Source: Candidatus Heimdallarchaeota archaeon
GTDB taxonomy: Archaea > Asgardarchaeota > Wukongarchaeia > Wukongarchaeales > JBHIFL01
Assembly (NCBI GenBank): GCA_046761065.1
Contig: JBHIFL010000100.1
Location: 1 to 12,620, forward strand
Reading direction: 5' to 3'
Length of the DNA: 12,620 nucleotides
Positions 8,611-12,620 of the stretch are shown here, in pieces; within the stretch, counting starts at the first letter, position 1; each line of letters opens with the position of its first letter. The translations under genes were made by a program, and so were the position numbers. The notes under the pieces are model-generated. The model saw only the letters and a list, made by a program, of their open reading frames with translations. It searched no databases and was not told the origin of the DNA.

Positions 8611-8948
8611 TTATGAGAATAGTTCCAAAGGAATTAGCTTTTTTCGAACTGTTCTCATATACCTTAAATGGCAGTTAGGGTTAGTGTTGAGAGAAGAAGA
8701 GGTTTTCAAACTAAGCCTCTTGAAGTGGAGCAACATCTGAATTTTCGAAATTACTTGGTTATCCAACCGGAAGAGGCACAAGCTTGCTGAGAGGAGGAGT
8801 TTCATGTTGGCTCCCAGAGTAGTGCCAACCTCCATGCAGAAATCTTGGAACTTCTCAGAATGCTCATAATATGAGCTGAATCTTTACCCTTGTAGAGTGG
8901 TTTCACGGCCTCTTTAAGCTTAGGAACTGAAATCTTCATTGGTGACAT
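8611..8948 (-). pseudogene. Frameshifted, degraded HD-domain phosphohydrolase
   Basis: MSPMKISVPKLKEAVKPLYKGKDSAH (8948-8871), then a 1-nt loss (CAT-AT-TAT; a missing G would restore Asp), then YEHSEKFQDFCMEVGTTLGANMKLLLSAS, in frame with track ORF 8611-8835. This fits D.AHD..H...V......I....GA....L..A. The downstream HD dyad is lost. GGAG SD upstream. Confidence 0.6.
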
Positions 8949-9000
8949 CAAGTTCTTTTCTCCAATTTCTGTTTAAATAGGTAAAAAAGGAGTGCTTTTA

Positions 9001-9210
9001 TTAAAGAGAATATTCTTCATCTTCGAAAGAAAAAATCTCCTCGATCTTCAAGTTGAACACACGAGCGATTTTATAAGCAAGTCTTAAGGAGGGGTTATAC
9101 TTTCCCTTTTCTAGAAAAAGTATCGTCTGCCTAGTAACGTCAACCTTTTCTGCAAGAGCCTCCTGTGTAAGATGATGCTTTGCCCTCAGTTCTTTGATCC
9201 TCGTCTTCAT
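9001..9210 (-). CDS. Cro/C1-type (XRE) HTH transcriptional regulator, 69 aa
   Basis: [52 protein letters not shown] is a canonical HTH_3 pattern. The ATG at 9210 lies 10 nt after the upstream gene stop, with GAGG SD. Confidence 0.95.
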   Translation of the reverse strand: MKTRIKELRAKHHLTQEALAEKVDVTRQTILFLEKGKYNPSLRLAYKIARVFNLKIEEIFSFEDEEYSL

Positions 9211-9220
9211 ACCGATTTCC

Positions 9221-9562
9221 TCAGTCCCCGCGCTCGTTGTAGTAGATGTAAGAAGCAATGAACAATATTAAACTTCCAGCGAAGAGGACCGAGAATGCCT
9301 TTGAAATAACTTCTGAATCTTGAAGAGTCGCCATATATGAAATGAACAGTGCTAAAGCTATAATAAAAAAAATAAATGCATTTCTACAAGCTCTGTTAAT
9401 GTTCCTATCAACCCTTTCATCGGTTCCTCTACCCCATATGACGCTAAAAAACCCAAAAAATCCGAAGAACCCATAGAACCCGGGATTTCCAGTAACTAAA
9501 CCAAGTAAACCCATAAAGCCCAAAAACCCAAGATTACCCACCAAATTTCTTCGCATTTTCAT
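9221..9562 (-). CDS. DUF3796-like small membrane protein
   Basis: [11 protein letters not shown]...[12 protein letters not shown] Gly/Phe repeat followed by DERV..N...A.RNAF. This architecture is typical of DUF3796/DUF2178-type proteins encoded next to Cro/C1 regulators. GGTGAG SD immediately upstream. Confidence 0.82.
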   Translation of the reverse strand: MKMRRNLVGNLGFLGFMGLLGLVTGNPGFYGFFGFFGFFSVIWGRGTDERVDRNINRACRNAFIFFIIALALFISYMATLQDSEVISKAFSVLFAGSLILFIASYIYYNERGD

Positions 9563-9571
9563 CTCACCTAT

Positions 9572-9619
9572 GGTAAGTATTTCTAACGTTAGAAATAATT
9601 AACGTTAAATATTTTTAAC
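9572..9619. promoter_or_regulatory. Three abutting 16-bp palindromic operator-like units (GTTA-N8-TAAC)
   Basis: GGTAAGTATTTCTAAC | GTTAGAAATAATTAAC | GTTAAATATTTTTAAC. Includes a perfect 20-bp palindrome at 9578-9597. Lies 10-57 nt upstream of the DUF3796-HTH pair. Confidence 0.7.
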
Positions 9620-9885
9620 TTTTTTAGTGACATGGTCATAAGGGATGTCAATGTGTTTCTTTATAAAGTCCGTCTCGTTTATTTTGTTCATAATTTACGC
9701 AAGTGAAAACCAGAGTCAGCAATGCACAAAACAGTCTTATAAGCTATAAGTGGAGAATAATTTCTTGATTATTATCCTTGGGGTGGATTTTGACGTGTTA
9801 GAATAACATTAGGAATGTTTAAATCGATAAAATTTGATTATGAGTTTTACGATGACTGTTTTTAACATATACGGGTGTATAGTGG

Positions 9886-11169
9886 TTGAGCCCTAGGAAT
9901 GCCCCAAAGAGAGCACCTTCACTTGACAACAATCGGTGCCATAGATGGTACTCATTCATCCAAGCCTTCTCAGCTCAACTTGTTAGACATGTGCTCTCGA
10001 AATTCAGTTATTCTTCGGGAATAATTGTTGATCCATTTGTCGGAACTGGTACCACGTGTGTTGAATGCAAGATCCAGGGAATCCCTTCCTTTGGTATAGA
10101 TGCAAATCCGATGGCGGTATTTGCGACTCGAGTCAAAACAACATGGGATCTTGATATTCAGGCCATACAACAGGAAAAGGAGAGCCTTTTATCCAATATA
10201 CAACCTAAATTTAGAAATCTTACCATATCATCAATACATTTACTCGAACATTACATAGAATCTCAGGGAATTTCAAGAGAAGATCTACAAGCAATACTCG
10301 CATTGCTCGCTAACAAGGGCATCGATCCTATCTTAGTGGGCAAGTGCTTAATTGCGAGGGGCCAAATCGAAAAAGTCTCTGATCCAAAGATCCGCGATTT
10401 TTTTGGGCTTGCCCTTGCGTCCACCTTAGTGAAAGCGGCTAATGTTCGTTCTGATCCTGAAAGTGGATGTATTAAACCAAAAGTGGCTGTTTCTGTGTTA
10501 CAATTCTTTGATGATCATACGAAGATGATGATCTCTGATTTGATCCACCTACAGCAGCTCCGTGCTGGCGAAACGCGAATCGAACAAGGTGATGCGAGAC
10601 TAATTCTAAAGTTTCTCGGCTGCAAGACGGTAAGGGGAGTTATTACATCGCCACCTTACCCTTTAGATACAGAGTACACACGACAAACGCGTCTTGAACT
10701 TGCGATCCTAAGACATGTGCACCAACTCAAAGACCTTCAAAGGATCGAACAAACGATGATCCGAGGTAGTAGGCGCCAAATCTTCAAAGGAGATCATGAT
10801 TTTGACCAGGTACAAGACTTTCCTGAGATTCAAGCTATCATCTCAAAGTTTGTTAACCAGAATCAGAAAGTGGATGACCAAAATGATTATAGAAAGATGT
10901 ATCCCCGTCTACTCGAGGAGTACTTTGGAGGGATGAATTTGCATTTGAAACAGCTTTATGAGGTCTTAAAACCAGATGGATGGGCGGCATACGTCGTAGG
11001 CGACAAGATTTTATTCAAGAAGATTCCTATAAGAACCGCAGAAGTTCTTGCAAAGCTAGCTCACCGCCTTGGTTATAAAATCAAGGGCATCAAGTTCTGG
11101 CGCAATCGGTTCTCGGCTGACCACAAAGTTCCTTTACCAGAGAATATCCTTTTTCTATCCAAAGAATAG
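9886..11169 (+). CDS. Orphan amino-type DNA methyltransferase (probably m4C; alpha-like motif order)
   Basis: N-terminal HRWY, motif I DPFVGTGTT, later catalytic motif IV ITSPPY, and VLKPDG...YVVGD. TTG start with GGGTG SD. No restriction endonuclease gene recognised next to it. Confidence 0.9.
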   Translation: MSPRNAPKRAPSLDNNRCHRWYSFIQAFSAQLVRHVLSKFSYSSGIIVDPFVGTGTTCVECKIQGIPSFGIDANPMAVFATRVKTTWDLDIQAIQQEKESLLSNIQPKFRNLTISSIHLLEHYIESQGISREDLQAILALLANKGIDPILVGKCLIARGQIEKVSDPKIRDFFGLALASTLVKAANVRSDPESGCIKPKVAVSVLQFFDDHTKMMISDLIHLQQLRAGETRIEQGDARLILKFLGCKTVRGVITSPPYPLDTEYTRQTRLELAILRHVHQLKDLQRIEQTMIRGSRRQIFKGDHDFDQVQDFPEIQAIISKFVNQNQKVDDQNDYRKMYPRLLEEYFGGMNLHLKQLYEVLKPDGWAAYVVGDKILFKKIPIRTAEVLAKLAHRLGYKIKGIKFWRNRFSADHKVPLPENILFLSKE

Positions 11170-11243
11170 GATTAACTGTACACCAAGGTATACCCACAGT
11201 AATGACAAGAGTTATAATACATCTGTGGTGAGGACACAGCCAA

Positions 11244-11897
11244 ATGGCACAACTTGAGCTTATTTTTCTTGGTCAATCCGGGTTTTTACTCCAAAAAGGA
11301 TCCTCAAGTCTCCTCATCGACCCTAGTAAGAAAAAATTCGGGGACGTCTCTGGTGATGTAGTGTTTACTACGCATTATCATTCTGATCATACGAATGGCA
11401 TTGAAATCTTCCTTTCTCGCAATCCCAAAGCTGTACTTGTATGTAACGAGCAAGTTGCTGATCGGTTCAAGCAATGGCGAGATCGAATAGTTCTTGCCGT
11501 TCCTGGGGAAGAGATTATACAAGGTTCTTGGAAGCTAAGATTTGTGAAAGGGCGACATGGGCTCCTATCCAAGGTACAAAACACCGGAGTGGTTGTTCAA
11601 ACTCAAGGCACATCATTTGGCCATACAGGAGATTCAGTTGATTTTCAAGGATTTTCCCACGAGTCCCTTGACGTTTTTGCCATCCCCATTGGTGGATTGT
11701 TCACCGCATCACCTAAAAAGGCTTTGAATGAACTCAAAAGCTTTTCCCAGCCATTACCTGTCGTTATTCCAATGCACTGGTTGTGGAGAAGTCCTCACAG
11801 GTTCTGCAGGAAACTTAGGGAAAGGTATCCCAAGAGCCACTGCATCGTTCCTAAGGACAGGGAATCCGTTCCTTGGCAGATCGAGAATGCCCCATAA
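11244..11897 (+). CDS. Metallo-beta-lactamase fold hydrolase (UPF0173/UlaG-like)
   Basis: FLGQSGF, LLIDP, THYHSDH (HxHxDH), GRH, HTGDS, PIGG..T and VIPMHW motifs. GGTGAGG SD. Confidence 0.92.
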   Translation: MAQLELIFLGQSGFLLQKGSSSLLIDPSKKKFGDVSGDVVFTTHYHSDHTNGIEIFLSRNPKAVLVCNEQVADRFKQWRDRIVLAVPGEEIIQGSWKLRFVKGRHGLLSKVQNTGVVVQTQGTSFGHTGDSVDFQGFSHESLDVFAIPIGGLFTASPKKALNELKSFSQPLPVVIPMHWLWRSPHRFCRKLRERYPKSHCIVPKDRESVPWQIENAP

Positions 11898-11971
11898 AAA
11901 TATTGTAGGTGCCTTTATTATTTGAAATATGTCCAGACCTCAAGTTATCCTCTTTAATTAAATTCAAACCA

Positions 11972-12300
11972 ATGGAAAAAGCAATAAAAGAAACGATTTA
12001 TATTGAGTACTGAATATAAAACAATTGAAGATAAGGAATTTCTTTTTCGAAGGGAAACATTATTAGCACGTATAGTGTTAGGTGAGGTCAAGACCATAAC
12101 CGACCTCTTTTAGGCATAGACAGATAATAATGATGACTTTCAATTGTATGCACTGAATCGCTTGATAAGAAAGGAGAGATACCAGAACCTCCTTCTTTTT
12201 CTTACAAACGTTAACGAATAAAGATCATAAGGCTCAAGGAGAGCAGCAAGAGCAGTCAGAAAGATAGGGGATGTTAGGTCAAAACGGTTAGCTCTTATGA
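11972..12300 (+). pseudogene. Heavily decayed HEAT-repeat (PBS-lyase-like) protein remnant
   Basis: The frame from about 11988 reads ILSTEYKTIEDKEFLFRRETLLARIVLGEVKTITDLF*A*TDNNDDFQLYALNRL...NE*RS*GSRRAARAVRKIGDVRS. This resembles L.D.D..VR..A..AL..LG...AI..L..AL.D repeats, with four in-frame stops. Boundaries are approximate. Confidence 0.4.
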
Positions 12301-12488
12301 AACCTTCCGATTTTTTAATCACTCCCTTTAAATTTTTAGTAAATGCTCATTCTCACCACATTAGAAAGTGCCATCCCAAATAATGGATGAATAAAGGAAT
12401 ATTTTTGTCATATGTAAAATCACGTACTCAAACCATTAACAACTTCTGTAAATTGAAATATTGTTTCATCTAGGCAGAATGATTGATT

Positions 12489-12620
12489 ATGTATGACATT
12501 TTGATTAAAAATGGGCTAATAATTGATGGGTCCGCCAATCCAGAGTTTAAAGCAGATATTGGGCTGAAAGATGGAAGAATCTGGAGAATTGGAGGCCTTA
12601 CTGGAGCGAAGGCAACCCAA
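12489..12620 (+). CDS. N-terminus (partial) of an N-acyl-D-amino-acid deacylase / amidohydrolase family protein
   Basis: MYDILIKNGLIIDGSANPEFKADIGLKDGRIWRIGGLTGAKATQ matches the classic D-aminoacylase N-terminal pattern. It runs off the window edge and is absent from the ORF track. Confidence 0.88.
   Translation, partial: MYDILIKNGLIIDGSANPEFKADIGLKDGRIWRIGGLTGAKATQ

Noticed and set aside
8668-8874. Plus-strand frame MAVRVSVERRRG...QAC-TGA-EEEF...LII* resembling a Cys-Sec selenoprotein
   Set aside because: It lies antisense to the HD-domain remnant, resembles no selenoprotein family I recognise, and I see no SECIS-like element.
9572-9619. Tandem units as a mini-CRISPR or transposon end
   Set aside because: There are no spacers, the units are only 16 bp, and no cas or transposase gene is present. 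The position fits an operator.
3639-11925. Other short overlapping track ORFs (e.g. 3639-3836, 4076-4303, 4469-4741, 5815-6111, 7823-8101, 9970-10170, 11069-11257, 11304-11584, 11728-11925)
   Set aside because: They overlap well-supported genes in other frames or strands and have no recognisable motifs.
12084-12111. GAGGTC...GACCTC-TTTT hairpin resembling a terminator
   Set aside because: About 190 nt from the nearest intact gene end and inside the putative pseudogene, so it is probably incidental.
12140-12322. 60-aa minus-strand ORF
   Set aside because: No recognisable family, and it is in antisense register with the HEAT-like remnant.

Overview
Archaeal-type chromosomal window: it carries an Nre repair gene with a C-terminal PCNA-binding PIP box, TATA-like promoters and T-tract terminators. 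The lineage cannot be fixed from this sequence. Intact genes in order: small 4-TM membrane protein; two tandem aldo/keto reductases; UppP/BacA-type polyprenyl-diphosphatase; GNAT acetyltransferase; Nre; N-terminally extended HtpX-like M48 protease; a minus-strand DUF3796-like + Cro/C1-HTH pair; an orphan amino-DNA methyltransferase; an MBL-fold hydrolase; and the 5' end of a D-aminoacylase-like amidohydrolase. Manual translation shows that most long 'intergenic' gaps are decayed genes missed by the ORF track: a SAM-methyltransferase C-terminus, an HD-domain protein, a HEAT-repeat protein and one unidentified remnant. The most notable structures are the patchwork identity between the two AKR paralogs and a triple 16-bp operator array upstream of the DUF3796-HTH pair. 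I found no CRISPR array, rRNA, tRNA or intact mobile element, and no clearly novel multi-gene system. Family assignments come from motif recognition, not database searches.
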